Origin: Paludibacter sp.
GTDB taxonomy: Bacteria; Bacteroidota; Bacteroidia; Bacteroidales; Paludibacteraceae
Direction: 5' to 3'
Assembly (NCBI GenBank): GCA_037142715.1
Contig: JBAXAD010000003.1
Coordinates: 738 to 64,737, forward strand
Length of the DNA stretch: 64,000 bases
Below the pieces are notes generated by a model, which was given only the letters and a program-made list of their open reading frames with translations, was not told where the DNA came from and made no database searches. Both the position numbers and the translations under genes were made by a program. Shown here piece by piece: positions 1-9,959 of the stretch. Within the stretch, counting starts at the first letter, position 1. The number at the start of each line of letters is the position of its first letter.

Positions 1-1
1 G

Positions 2-697
2 CTGCCGATTAGTATTGAATCGAAAAAAATGTATGTCCAATTGTCTGTTTTAGAAAATGATAGCATCCACAAAAATGTAAAAATGCTAATTGATACTGGT
101 GCAGAGCTGAATGCTTGGTTTCAAACATTTACTGCCAATGCCATTCATTTGCCACAAAAAAATGTTGAAGGTAGAATAGGGCAGGGGCTCAACGGAGAAG
201 TTAAAGGGAAATTTGCTCGAATTCCACAGATTTGTTTTGGTGAATTCTGTTTAAGTAATACGATTGTTGCTTTCCCAGATTCGGCTGATATTGCCGAAAT
301 AGTAATCAGCACAAAAAGAGATGGAACAATTGGTAGTGAGCTTCTTAGTAGATTTAACAGCTATTTCGATTATAAGAATAAGCTGTTTTATTTTAAACCC
401 AATGCTTCCTTTAAAAATCCATTTACTTACAATATTGCAGGTATTGAAATAGAACAAATTATACCTTTTATTCCCCAAACGGAAGTATTGAATGTGTGGA
501 AAAATTCCCCGGCTGAAAAAGCGGGTGTACAAATAGGCGACCAAATCATGGAGTTGAATGGTAACAGAACATTTCAGATGCAAATGGGTGAAATAAAAAA
601 TTATTTTGAAAAGCCGTCCAAGCATCCTTTAAGCATTACCTTAATGCGTGGTGGTAAAGAAATAAGGTTGAAAATAGATATGAATAGTAAATTATAA
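2..697 (+). CDS. Retropepsin-like aspartyl protease with C-terminal PDZ domain (5'-truncated by window edge)
   Basis: Frame is open from base 2 to TAA at 695-697. LIDTGA aspartyl-protease motif, DGTIGSELL motif, and PDZ-like C-terminus (SPAEKAGVQIGDQIMELNG). Confidence 0.75.
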   Translation: MPISIESKKMYVQLSVLENDSIHKNVKMLIDTGAELNAWFQTFTANAIHLPQKNVEGRIGQGLNGEVKGKFARIPQICFGEFCLSNTIVAFPDSADIAEIVISTKRDGTIGSELLSRFNSYFDYKNKLFYFKPNASFKNPFTYNIAGIEIEQIIPFIPQTEVLNVWKNSPAEKAGVQIGDQIMELNGNRTFQMQMGEIKNYFEKPSKHPLSITLMRGGKEIRLKIDMNSKL

Positions 698-848
698 TAG
701 GCAGATTCGTATTTTTTTAAAAAACTTGAATTTGAAGGATTAAAAGTTATTTTTCCAACCATAATGACTTTTTCCACTTGAAATAATCTTAAATGTGTAA
801 GTATTTTTCAAACAATCACTTATTTTGCAAAGAAAAAGTTATCAACAG

Positions 849-879
849 TTTGCAGTCTCAAAAAAAACATCTATTTTTG
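849..879 (+). promoter_or_regulatory. Bacteroidota sigma-A promoter for rpmH
   Basis: TTTG (849-852), 19-nt spacer, TATTTTTG (872-879): matches the TTTG-N19-21-TAnnTTTG consensus about 50 nt upstream of rpmH. Confidence 0.7.
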
Positions 880-928
880 CAGTCCAAAACCCCGAATTGT
901 AAAAATAACAACATAAACACATAAAGCA

Positions 929-1087
929 ATGAAAAGGACGTTCCAACCTTCAGTAAGAAAAAGAAAAAACAAACACGGTTTCCGTGAAAGAATGGCAACA
1001 GCAAACGGACGCAGAGTATTAGCAAGCCGTCGTGCCAAAGGCAGAGCAAAACTTACCGTTGCTGACGAACCTCGTCACAAAATCTAA
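929..1087 (+). CDS. rpmH: 50S ribosomal protein L34 (52 aa, below ORF-track cutoff)
   Basis: Manual translation: [52 protein letters not shown]. Confidence 0.98.
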   Translation: MKRTFQPSVRKRKNKHGFRERMATANGRRVLASRRAKGRAKLTVADEPRHKI

Positions 1088-1111
1088 GCATTCTGTAAAA
1101 ACAGTATAAAG

Positions 1112-1146
1112 AAAGTAAAGACTTCAGGTAAGTTTTTACTTTTTTT
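1112..1146 (+). terminator. Intrinsic terminator after rpmH
   Basis: AAAGTAAAGACTT/AAGTTTTTACTTT stem (one G-U pair) followed by a T run. Confidence 0.6.
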
Positions 1147-1274
1147 GTTTTTAACCCCTTTGATAGCAATAAATTGATTATTTTTGGCATCTGTATTATT
1201 AGAGTCCGCAAAGTGTAAGATTGCCTATATATCAACAACTTGCAACTCGCAAATCTTTACTTGGAAGTAAACTT

Positions 1275-2108
1275 ATGGATATTAAGAGATTTTGGAAGGA
1301 GACTTTCGCTGGTTTTGTACTGAAAAATGTGTTGATTGCCATCACTATTATTGTGGCTTTAACTTGGATAGCATTAATTTGTATGGATTTTTATACACAT
1401 CATGGTGATTATCAAGTAGTACCCGATTTGCGCGGCGCTTATGTGGAAGAAGCAGTGCAGATTTTAACCAAGCAAGGATTATATGTAAAAGTAATCGATT
1501 CGGTATATGTGCGCAATAAAAAATTGGGTACTATTATCGACCAAATTCCTGCCCCAAATTCCAATGTGAAAAATAACCGTCCCATTTATTTAATTATTAA
1601 TTCTAAACAAGTGCGACAAGTAAGTTTGCCCGATGTGAGTGATGTGTCTTATCGTCAGGCCGATGCAATGCTTCAATCCATTGGTTTGGTGATAGCTAGC
1701 GTAGAATATGCACCTTCTGATTTCAAAGATTTGGTAATGGAGGTAAAATACAAAGGCAGAAGTATTCTTGCTGGCACTCGTATTCCCGAAGGCAGTTCGG
1801 TAGTTTTGGTGGTTGGTAATGGTTTAGGTGCTGCAGCATCCGTTGTTCCAGCTTTAAAAGGACTTGGAATGGAAGCTGCCACTGCCGAAATACTATCAGC
1901 ACAATTAGTTGTTGGCGCGGTTCAGTATGATACTCCACCTTCGGGCGACGAAAAAGATTATGTCATTTATCGCCAACGTCCTGCTGCAGGAACTTCACTT
2001 TCTGCTGGCACCGCCATAGAGATTTTCCTTTCCAAAGATAAATCGCGTGTAAATGAGGTATTTGAAGAAGATACCAAACCTGCAGAAAAAGAAGAAGTCT
2101 TTTTCTAG
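1275..2108 (+). CDS. PASTA domain-containing membrane protein
   Basis: N-terminal TM helix and three PASTA-like repeats (VPDLRG, LPDVSD, VPALKG). ATG at 1275 preferred to the track start at 1221. Typical Bacteroidota rpmH-PASTA-rluD-ddl context. Confidence 0.88.
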   Translation: MDIKRFWKETFAGFVLKNVLIAITIIVALTWIALICMDFYTHHGDYQVVPDLRGAYVEEAVQILTKQGLYVKVIDSVYVRNKKLGTIIDQIPAPNSNVKNNRPIYLIINSKQVRQVSLPDVSDVSYRQADAMLQSIGLVIASVEYAPSDFKDLVMEVKYKGRSILAGTRIPEGSSVVLVVGNGLGAAASVVPALKGLGMEAATAEILSAQLVVGAVQYDTPPSGDEKDYVIYRQRPAAGTSLSAGTAIEIFLSKDKSRVNEVFEEDTKPAEKEEVFF

Positions 2109-2146
2109 GATTCAAATTGTTCATTATTAATTTTTAATTATCAAAA

Positions 2147-3220
2147 GTGGCAGACGATTTTTTGAACGAATCAGCTTTGGATGAAATAGATGAATTGAGT
2201 GAAGTAGGAGAGGAGCAAGAGCTTTTTGAGCATTTTCGATTTGTAGTGGACAAAGGTCAAGCTTCCAACCGAATAGATAAGTATCTGGTAAACTGCATGT
2301 CCAACACGTCGCGCAACCGTATTCAGGATGCTGCTACTGCTGGAAATATTTTAGTGAACGGCAAATCCGTAAAATCCAATTACAAAACCAAAGCACTCGA
2401 TATTATTAGCATTGTGATGGCTTATCCACCTTCGCAATTTGAAATTATTCCGCAGGATATTCCCATCAATATTGTGTATGAAGATGACGACATTTTGCTT
2501 GTCAATAAGCAACCGAACTTGGTGGTACATCCTGGATTTGGCAATTTCGACGGTACACTTCTCAACGCCATTGCTTATCACCTCAAGGACACTCCAGGTT
2601 TTGATGCCAACGATTCGCGAATAGGTTTGGTGCATCGCATCGACAAGGACACTTCGGGTTTATTGCTAATTGCCAAAACCGAAATGGCAAAAACAAATCT
2701 AGGTAAGCAATTTTTTGATAAAACCACGCAACGACGCTATCAAGCGTTGGTTTGGGGCAATGTAAAAGAAGACGAAGGTACTATTATTGGTGCTTTGGCG
2801 CGAGATTCGCGGGATAGAATGCAGTTTACAGTTTTCCCCGAAGGTGAAAATCCAGCAGCCAAGCATGCCGTTACACATTACAAAGTGTTGGAGCGATTGG
2901 GTTATGTCACTTTGGTGGAATGTCGTCTTGAAACTGGCCGTACGCACCAAATCCGTGTACACATGAAGCACATTGGGCATACCATTTTCAACGATGAACG
3001 GTATGGTGGTCATGATATTTTGAAAGGAACTACTGCTGCCAAATACAAACAATTCGTGAAAAATTGCTTCGAAATCTGTCCACGACAAGCACTGCATGCC
3101 AAAACACTAGGCTTTGTACATCCACGCACTGGTGAATTTATGCATTTCGAAAGTGAATTGTTAGACGATATGCAAGGTTTGATTGAGAAATGGAGAGCAT
3201 ATAAGCAAACGATGGAATAA
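2147..3220 (+). CDS. rluD: RluA/RluD family 23S rRNA pseudouridine synthase
   Basis: S4-like domain, NKQPNLVVHP, catalytic HRIDKDTSG and GRTHQIRVH motifs. Confidence 0.93.
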   Translation: MADDFLNESALDEIDELSEVGEEQELFEHFRFVVDKGQASNRIDKYLVNCMSNTSRNRIQDAATAGNILVNGKSVKSNYKTKALDIISIVMAYPPSQFEIIPQDIPINIVYEDDDILLVNKQPNLVVHPGFGNFDGTLLNAIAYHLKDTPGFDANDSRIGLVHRIDKDTSGLLLIAKTEMAKTNLGKQFFDKTTQRRYQALVWGNVKEDEGTIIGALARDSRDRMQFTVFPEGENPAAKHAVTHYKVLERLGYVTLVECRLETGRTHQIRVHMKHIGHTIFNDERYGGHDILKGTTAAKYKQFVKNCFEICPRQALHAKTLGFVHPRTGEFMHFESELLDDMQGLIEKWRAYKQTME

Positions 3221-3221
3221 G

Positions 3222-3390
3222 AACCCCTAACAAACCCGAAAGGGGAATGAGGCAAGTTCTTTCGACCTGAATTTTATAAATTCAAAATGTAACAAATAAA
3301 TCAATACTAACTTCAGTTCCACTTTAAGGATTTGGGGTTGTATTTAAATAAATCATTACTAATTTTATTCCCCTTCAGGGGCTAGGGGTC
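3222..3390. repeat. MITE-like palindromic intergenic element, family C, copy 1 (plus extra right arm)
   Basis: AACCCC...GGGGTT ends. Internal AGGCAAGTTCTTTCGACCTGA and ATCAATACTAACTTCAGTTCC are shared with copies at 13379, 45287 and 47895. Confidence 0.65.
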
Positions 3391-3400
3391 ATCTTTATTT

Positions 3401-4378
3401 ATGAAAAAAAACATAGCCATTGTAGCCGGCGGCGATTCGTCGGAAGTAGTTGTTTCGCTCAAAAGTGCAGCGGGATTGTATTCTTTTATGGACAAAGAGC
3501 GTTATAATTTGTTCATTGTTACCATTGTAGGTCAAACCTGGCAAGTGGAATGGTCGGATACAGAGAAAATTGCCATTGATAAAAACGATTTCAGTTTTAC
3601 TCGAAACGGTGAAAAAACCAACTTCGATTTTGCTTATATTACCATTCACGGTACGCCTGGCGAAAATGGTATTTTACAAGGATATTTTGAGTTGATTGGA
3701 TTGCCATATTCTTGTTGTGGTGTGTTGGCAGCTGCAATTACTTTCAATAAATTTACTTGTAATCAATACCTTAAAGGATTCGGCGTAAAAGTATCAGAAT
3801 CGCTCGTTTTACGTTCGGGACAATCAGTTACCAACGAAGAGGTGGCTCAGAAAATAGGATTCCCATGCTTCGTAAAGCCCAACGTAGGCGGCAGTAGTTT
3901 TGGCGTGACCAAAGTGAAAAGCTTAGAACAGGTTCAACCTGCTATTGCACACGCATTTGCCGAAGGTAGTGAAGTAATGATTGAGGCTTTTTTGGCAGGA
4001 ACGGAAATTACCTGTGGCGTATATAAAACCAAACAAAAATCGCAAGTTTTGCCAGTAACTGAAGTGGTGAGCGAAAACGAATTTTTTGATTTTGATGCCA
4101 AGTACAAAGGTCAAGTTCAGGAAATTACGCCGGCTCGCATCAGTGATTCATTGACAGAACGGGTTCAGAAACTCACTTCTGCCATTTACGATATTTTGGG
4201 TTGCAAAGGCATTGTGCGCATCGATTACATTATTTCAGAGGGTGAAGTAATCAACCTTTTGGAAGTAAATACTACACCAGGCATGACTGCCACCAGCTTT
4301 ATTCCACAACAAATAGCTGCTGCTAGGTTAAATATTAAGGACGTGATGACAGAGATTATTGAAAATGAATTAAATTGA
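3401..4378 (+). CDS. ddl: D-alanine--D-alanine ligase
   Basis: GGDSSE, IHGTPGENG, FVKPNVGGSSFG and LEVNTTPG ATP-grasp motifs. Confidence 0.96.
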   Translation: MKKNIAIVAGGDSSEVVVSLKSAAGLYSFMDKERYNLFIVTIVGQTWQVEWSDTEKIAIDKNDFSFTRNGEKTNFDFAYITIHGTPGENGILQGYFELIGLPYSCCGVLAAAITFNKFTCNQYLKGFGVKVSESLVLRSGQSVTNEEVAQKIGFPCFVKPNVGGSSFGVTKVKSLEQVQPAIAHAFAEGSEVMIEAFLAGTEITCGVYKTKQKSQVLPVTEVVSENEFFDFDAKYKGQVQEITPARISDSLTERVQKLTSAIYDILGCKGIVRIDYIISEGEVINLLEVNTTPGMTATSFIPQQIAAARLNIKDVMTEIIENELN

Positions 4379-4400
4379 TTAATTTCAATCCTACAATTTT

Positions 4401-5378
4401 ATGAAAACTTTCAAAGAAATATCTCAAATAATTACAACCGAACTCGAACAAATCAATTGGAACAAGGAACCTCGTGGATTGTACGAACCCATTGGTTATG
4501 TGCTTAGTATGGGTGGTAAGCGCATTCGCCCGGTTCTGACTTTGATGGCTTGTAATTTGTTTTCGGACGATGTGCAGCCAGCCGTTAATTCTGCTTTGGG
4601 ATTGGAAATTTTCCACAATTTTACTTTGCTGCACGACGATATTATGGACAAAGCCGATGTTCGCCGTGGTCAACCTACTGTTCATAAAAAGTGGGATGAT
4701 AACACTGCCATACTTTCTGGAGATGTGATGCAAATATCGGCATATCAATTTATGACGCAAACACCTGTTAATCAATTAAAGCGGTCATTGGATTTGTTTT
4801 CTCAAACAGCTGCCGAAATTTGCGAAGGCCAGCAATATGATGTTGAATTTGAGTATCGCGATAGAGTTGAGGCCGATGAGTATTTGGAGATGATTCGCTT
4901 GAAAACTGCTGTTTTGCTTGGTGCTTCGCTACAAATTGGAGCATGGATAGGTGGGGCAGGAGAGGAGGATGCACAATTGCTTTACGATTTTGGAATAAAT
5001 ATCGGTTTGGCCTTTCAATTGAAAGACGATTTGCTAGATGTGTATGGTGATGAAGCTACTTTTGGGAAGAAAATTGGAGGCGATATACTTTGTAACAAGA
5101 AAACCTACATGTTGATTCACGCTTTGGAAAGAGCAGATGGAAAAGCGGCTGAAGAACTGCATGATTGGTTGGAAGTTTCTGACGCAAAACAATCAGATAA
5201 AAAAATTCTTGCAGTTACATCACTTTACAATAAATTAGGTGTGAAACAAATTTGCGAAGACAAGATGCAGTTTTTTTATTCAAAGGCAGTCGCAAATTTG
5301 GAAAATGTGTCTGTTTTGGAAAATAAAAAGCAAGAATTGAGAAATATAGCTGATAAATTGATGTTTAGGAACGATTAA
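4401..5378 (+). CDS. Polyprenyl diphosphate synthase (FPP/GGPP synthase family)
   Basis: GGKRIRP motif, two aspartate-rich motifs (HDDIMD, KDDLLD) and KT motif. Confidence 0.93.
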   Translation: MKTFKEISQIITTELEQINWNKEPRGLYEPIGYVLSMGGKRIRPVLTLMACNLFSDDVQPAVNSALGLEIFHNFTLLHDDIMDKADVRRGQPTVHKKWDDNTAILSGDVMQISAYQFMTQTPVNQLKRSLDLFSQTAAEICEGQQYDVEFEYRDRVEADEYLEMIRLKTAVLLGASLQIGAWIGGAGEEDAQLLYDFGINIGLAFQLKDDLLDVYGDEATFGKKIGGDILCNKKTYMLIHALERADGKAAEELHDWLEVSDAKQSDKKILAVTSLYNKLGVKQICEDKMQFFYSKAVANLENVSVLENKKQELRNIADKLMFRND

Positions 5379-5383
5379 TTATT

Positions 5384-5391
5384 TATCTTTG
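5384..5391 (+). promoter_or_regulatory. Sigma-A -7 element upstream of hypothetical gene
   Basis: TATCTTTG located 39 nt before the ATG at 5430. Confidence 0.45.
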
Positions 5392-5429
5392 TGGGCATAA
5401 ATCAATTTCAAATTACTAATTGACTTGCC

Positions 5430-6146
5430 ATGCCCTACCGAAGACTACCCAATACTGATCAAGCGCGTTTGCGTGCATTACGTACTGCTATTCAGCAATT
5501 TGACAAACAAGAATTTGGAAATCTGGTTATTTCTTATAAAACCATTTTAGATGCCAAAACCTATCTCAACGTGTTTGAGAAACAATTAAATCAATACCAA
5601 ATTACTTTAGATAGTCAAGTGTCTGCTAATAAGAAGTATCAGCAAATAGTACATAATGCCCGTTTATACATTTCTCATTTCATTCAGGTGTTAAATCTTT
5701 CGGTTATACGGGGCGATATAAAAAAAGACCACAAACTTTTTTATCATTTAGATCCTAACCTACATACAGTTCCCGATTTAAGTACTGAGGCTTCATTAAT
5801 TCAATGGGGAAAAAGTATAATTGAAGGCGAAAATGAGAGAATTAGGAATGGAGGATTACCGATCTACAATCCCGCAATTGCCAAAGTACAGGTTCATTAT
5901 GAGGTATTTAAAGAATACAAATCCACTCAAAAAATTTACCAAAACACTACCAATCGTAATTGGGAAGACTTGGTAAGTTTGCGTGAAAAAGGGGATGTCA
6001 TTATTCTGAATATTTGGAATCAAGTAGAGGCGAAATTTAGATCTGAACCACCCTATATTCGCATGATAAAATGCCAAACTTTTGGTTTGGTTTATTATTA
6101 CCGAAAGGGCGAGCCTGAGTTGGTGAAGGATGATGTAGTAGTTTAG
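5430..6146 (+). CDS. Conserved Bacteroidota hypothetical protein
   Basis: 238-aa ORF with a helical, protein-like sequence. The MPYRRLPNTD N-terminus is recognised as typical of a Bacteroidota family; no functional motif identified. Confidence 0.75.
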   Translation: MPYRRLPNTDQARLRALRTAIQQFDKQEFGNLVISYKTILDAKTYLNVFEKQLNQYQITLDSQVSANKKYQQIVHNARLYISHFIQVLNLSVIRGDIKKDHKLFYHLDPNLHTVPDLSTEASLIQWGKSIIEGENERIRNGGLPIYNPAIAKVQVHYEVFKEYKSTQKIYQNTTNRNWEDLVSLREKGDVIILNIWNQVEAKFRSEPPYIRMIKCQTFGLVYYYRKGEPELVKDDVVV

Positions 6147-6165
6147 TTTTGCTCAGAGCTAAACC

Positions 6166-6765
6166 TTATTCAATGGTTCTCAATGGCGTAAAAATTTTAT
6201 CTAGCGACACATCATTCTCATCGTACGGAATTGATTTGAGTAGTTGAAAGTCGAAACCAATGCCCCATTTCGGAGCTTTGGATTGATTAAAATACCTGTC
6301 ATAGAAACCTTTACCACGCCCTAGTCTGTTCTTTTTCAAGTCGAATGCTACTCCAGGTACCAATATCAAATCAGTATCACCGCAATAACTTTCTTCAGAA
6401 TATGGTTCCCAAATGCCCTTATATCCTTTTCTCATTTTTTCGATGGATGTAAACTTCTTAATCTCCATTTTCTCACCTATTACAATTGGCAGTAAAATGC
6501 ATTTTTTGTCTTTCCACTCGGAAATAAATTCTTGCGTTGGCAGTTCATCACTTGAAGACCAATAGATTAATATAGATTTTGCAGCAATAAATTCTGATGT
6601 TCCTGCTATTTTTTCAAAAACTACAACGGCATCTTTTTGTTTTTGGTCATCGCTGATTCTATTTTTTAATTCCTTTATTTGTCCCCGAATTCTATTTTTC
6701 TCAATAGAAATTTTTTCTGTCTTCCCTCCGAAAATTCCATTTATTATTTTTTTTAATTTGCTCAT
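6166..6765 (-). CDS. ygfA: 5-formyltetrahydrofolate cyclo-ligase
   Basis: LILVPGVAFDLKKNRLGRGKGFYDRY signature. Confidence 0.93.
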   Translation of the reverse strand: MSKLKKIINGIFGGKTEKISIEKNRIRGQIKELKNRISDDQKQKDAVVVFEKIAGTSEFIAAKSILIYWSSSDELPTQEFISEWKDKKCILLPIVIGEKMEIKKFTSIEKMRKGYKGIWEPYSEESYCGDTDLILVPGVAFDLKKNRLGRGKGFYDRYFNQSKAPKWGIGFDFQLLKSIPYDENDVSLDKIFTPLRTIE

Positions 6766-6886
6766 ATTGAGTTATTTATAAAATTCCAAAAAATACTTCT
6801 TATTGTTGTAAAACTACAGAATTATTTCCAAATCCACAACTGACGATGTTAATCTTTCGCCAAATGAAACTTTTTTCAATAAAAGC

Positions 6887-6917
6887 TTGTTAAATCACAT
6901 TAGTTTTATTAATTTTG
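6887..6917 (+). promoter_or_regulatory. Sigma-A promoter for the 6988/7854 pair
   Basis: TTG (6887-6889), 20-nt spacer, TAATTTTG (6910-6917). Confidence 0.55.
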
Positions 6918-6987
6918 ACAAAATAAAATCATTCTATATTTTACGTTTCATTTTTCTGATTATTTTATCTAAATCATGCTTTAATAT

Positions 6988-7806
6988 ATGAAGAAATTAT
7001 TTACTTTGTTGATAATTGTTACTTCCTTTCAGGTTATTAGCTCACAAATCTCAAATATAGTTCCCACTTCCACCTCCATTGCTCAAACTTCTGTGGCAGA
7101 TAGTCACAGTTGGACAGCCTTTTCAAATCCGGCCATGTTGGGTTATATTCAAAATGCCGAATTTGGTTTGCAATACGAGAATCGATATTTGATTTCGGAA
7201 CTTTCTACCAAGAGTGTGCAAGTGAGTTTGCCCTCAAATTTGGTGAATACCGGTCTTTCCTTCTCGCACTTTGGCTATTCGCTTTATCATGAAATGATGT
7301 TTGGTGTAGGTTTTGCCCGAAATTTTTCGGAAAAATTCGCTATGGGCGTGCAGTTTAATTATTATACAGCTTATTTTTCTGCCTCCAATTCTTATCGTGG
7401 CGCACTATTTCCACAGGTTGGTCTGTCCGTTAAATTATCTCCAAATTTTAGCTTGGGGTTCAATGCCTTCAATCCTTTTCAAACAAATATTCAAACAGAT
7501 TTTACTATTAAACGACTTCCATCTGTTTTTAGTTTGGGATCAGAGTTTTATTTTTCCCCAGAGTTTGCTTGGCGTACGCAAATTGACAAAGAAGTAAGCA
7601 GTAACTATCGATTTGCCACTGGATTTGAGTACCTTATGTTACAAAATTTTACAGTCAAACTTGGGGCTTACCAAACCGATTATTTGGTGCCTTGCCTTGG
7701 TTTTAGATTTAATGCCGGCTCATTTCTGTTTGATCTCAACTGCGAATTACATCCATTGCTTGGCTTAAACAGCATGGCAGCAGTTAAATATCGCTTTAAA
7801 CACTAA
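6988..7806 (+). CDS. Predicted outer-membrane beta-barrel protein (PorV/FadL-like)
   Basis: Signal peptide, AFSNPAMLG motif typical of the start of FadL/PorV-like barrels, and alternating amphipathic strands. Confidence 0.6.
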   Translation: MKKLFTLLIIVTSFQVISSQISNIVPTSTSIAQTSVADSHSWTAFSNPAMLGYIQNAEFGLQYENRYLISELSTKSVQVSLPSNLVNTGLSFSHFGYSLYHEMMFGVGFARNFSEKFAMGVQFNYYTAYFSASNSYRGALFPQVGLSVKLSPNFSLGFNAFNPFQTNIQTDFTIKRLPSVFSLGSEFYFSPEFAWRTQIDKEVSSNYRFATGFEYLMLQNFTVKLGAYQTDYLVPCLGFRFNAGSFLFDLNCELHPLLGLNSMAAVKYRFKH

Positions 7807-7853
7807 TTTCATTTTTAGCCTATAATTTCATTAATTATTTAATTTACAACAAT

Positions 7854-9920
7854 ATGCGATTTTTCACTTGTTTGTTATGGTTTCTGGTTTTGTTTCCTTG
7901 TTTTGCAAGGGCACAGGATGCTGTTACTACCACCGAGCAGTTTATCGCCGATGTTTTTGAACAATATACTGCTGAAAGTGAGGTTGAAATAGATTACGAC
8001 ACGTTTTTTGAAGAGTTAATGTTTTGCGCACAAAATCCAATAAATTTGAACCATACTAATCGAGAAGAACTACAGCGATTACTATTTTTGTCGGACATTC
8101 AAATTGAGAACATACAGGCTCACATTTATAAATTTGGTAAGTTGCAAACTCTCTTTGAGCTGCAACTGATTGACGGTCTGGACATGACGGATATTCGACG
8201 TATGTTACCATTTGTTGTAGTGGGTGAATCTGATGATACTTACAAGAAAATATATTGGCATGATTTATTGAAGTATGGAAAAAATGAATTGTTCTTACGA
8301 TTGGATAAAGGTGTGGAAACCAAAGAAGGCTATCAGTTTCTGCCAGAGGAAGATGTGAATGCCGCTGCAACCAATTCCAATAATTATTTGGGCAATGCGC
8401 TTTACCATTCCATGAAATATCGTTTTCATTTCAAAGACAGAATACTTGCTGGTATCACTGCCGAAAAAGATGCTGGCGAACAGTTTTTGGGGAAGAAAAA
8501 TGTTGGTTATGATTATTATTCTGCCTACGCTCAATTGAATAATATTGGAAAAATTAAAACCTTGGTCGTGGGTGATTTTCGTGCCAATTTTGGACAAGGA
8601 TTGGTGTTGCGGCCAGAATTTGGTATGGGCAAATCGTCCTATGTGCTCAATGTTTCGCCACGCAATTCGGGATTAAAGAAATATGGTTCCACCGATGAGA
8701 ATAATTTTTTCAGAGGTGCAGGTGCCACGGTTCGACTTGGAAAGTTTGATGTTACTGCCTTCTATTCCAATAAGATGATAGACGGCGACACGGTGAATGG
8801 CACATTTTCCAGCATTTACACAACGGGTTTGCATCGCACTGAGTCTGAATTGAGTAAAAAGCATACCATCAATCAGCAAGTGATGGGTGGAAATGCCACG
8901 CTGACCAATTCCACTTATCAAATTGGGTTTACTGCTGTTCATACCATCTTGGATAATAAGCTGATACCTGATAAATCGGTGTATAATTATTTCTACTTTT
9001 CGGGCAGTCAGCAAACCACAGCCGGTTTCAACTATCGCCTTCGTTGGCAAAAAATCAATTTCTTTGGCGAAACGGCAATGACTGATAATGGTGCAATGGC
9101 AACTCTCAATGGTTTTACTTTCAGCCCATTATCGCAGGTTAGTTTGGTGGCGTTGCACCGTTATTATTCTCCAGAATTTGATACATTTTACGCCACGGCT
9201 TTTTCCGAGACTTTACGTATCAACAATGAAAGTGGTTTCTATCTCGGAGCTGAAATTCGTCCCTACAAGAAATGGAAAATAGCCACCTACATTGACAGTT
9301 ATCGTTTTCCGTGGCCTAAGTATGGCATTGATGCACCGTCTATTGGCAGTGATTATTTGCTACAGGTTGATTATGCAGCACAGCGAAGAATTAGCATGTT
9401 TTGGCGGTTGAAATATGAGGAAAAAAAATCCAATCTTACCCAAACTGATGCTGTTATGCCATTGGTTGTTCCCATTCAAAAAGCTTCATTGCGCTATAAT
9501 CTAGCTTATTCTTTCGGGAGTTTTAGTTTCAAGAATGTGCTTGAGGGCAATTTAGCACGACAGGCAAATTTCAATTGGACTTATGGCATAATAGCTTCGC
9601 AGGATGTAAGTTATGCGTTTTCGAATATTCCATTGAAAGTAGATGTTCGGTTTCAATTTTTTGATGCCGTAAATTACGAAAATCGCCTTTATTCTTACGA
9701 AAAGGATGTGCTTTATGCATTCTCCATTCCAATGTATTTTGGTTTGGGAAGTCGGTATTATTTGAATATGGAGTTTGATTTGAACAGCCGACTTTCGTTG
9801 TGGTTCAAAATTGCACAAACCGTTTATGCCGATGAGCGTGAATCATTGAGCAGCGGCAATGAAACCATTCCGGGGAATCGGAAAACAGATATGCGGTTGA
9901 TGATTAAGTGGGATTTTTGA
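7854..9920 (+). CDS. ComEA-like helix-hairpin-helix domain protein with large C-terminal beta-barrel
   Basis: Signal peptide, INLNHTNREELQRL...LFELQLIDGL HhH-type region, beta-rich remainder ending in aromatic ...IKWDF. Confidence 0.72.
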   Translation: MRFFTCLLWFLVLFPCFARAQDAVTTTEQFIADVFEQYTAESEVEIDYDTFFEELMFCAQNPINLNHTNREELQRLLFLSDIQIENIQAHIYKFGKLQTLFELQLIDGLDMTDIRRMLPFVVVGESDDTYKKIYWHDLLKYGKNELFLRLDKGVETKEGYQFLPEEDVNAAATNSNNYLGNALYHSMKYRFHFKDRILAGITAEKDAGEQFLGKKNVGYDYYSAYAQLNNIGKIKTLVVGDFRANFGQGLVLRPEFGMGKSSYVLNVSPRNSGLKKYGSTDENNFFRGAGATVRLGKFDVTAFYSNKMIDGDTVNGTFSSIYTTGLHRTESELSKKHTINQQVMGGNATLTNSTYQIGFTAVHTILDNKLIPDKSVYNYFYFSGSQQTTAGFNYRLRWQKINFFGETAMTDNGAMATLNGFTFSPLSQVSLVALHRYYSPEFDTFYATAFSETLRINNESGFYLGAEIRPYKKWKIATYIDSYRFPWPKYGIDAPSIGSDYLLQVDYAAQRRISMFWRLKYEEKKSNLTQTDAVMPLVVPIQKASLRYNLAYSFGSFSFKNVLEGNLARQANFNWTYGIIASQDVSYAFSNIPLKVDVRFQFFDAVNYENRLYSYEKDVLYAFSIPMYFGLGSRYYLNMEFDLNSRLSLWFKIAQTVYADERESLSSGNETIPGNRKTDMRLMIKWDF

Positions 9921-9922
9921 GT

Positions 9923-9959
9923 TTTTTCCCCTAAAGTTTTTCCCCTAAAGTTTTTCCCC
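9923..9959. repeat. 14-bp tandem repeat (about 2.6 copies) overlapping the upp stop codon
   Basis: TTTTTCCCCTAAAG at 9923-9936 and 9937-9950, with a partial copy at 9951-9959. Confidence 0.85.

Noticed and set aside
6766-6987. 6S RNA upstream of the 5-formyl-THF cyclo-ligase gene (a common arrangement in other phyla)
   Set aside because: The region is short, extremely AT-rich and occupied by a divergent promoter; no long imperfect hairpin is apparent.
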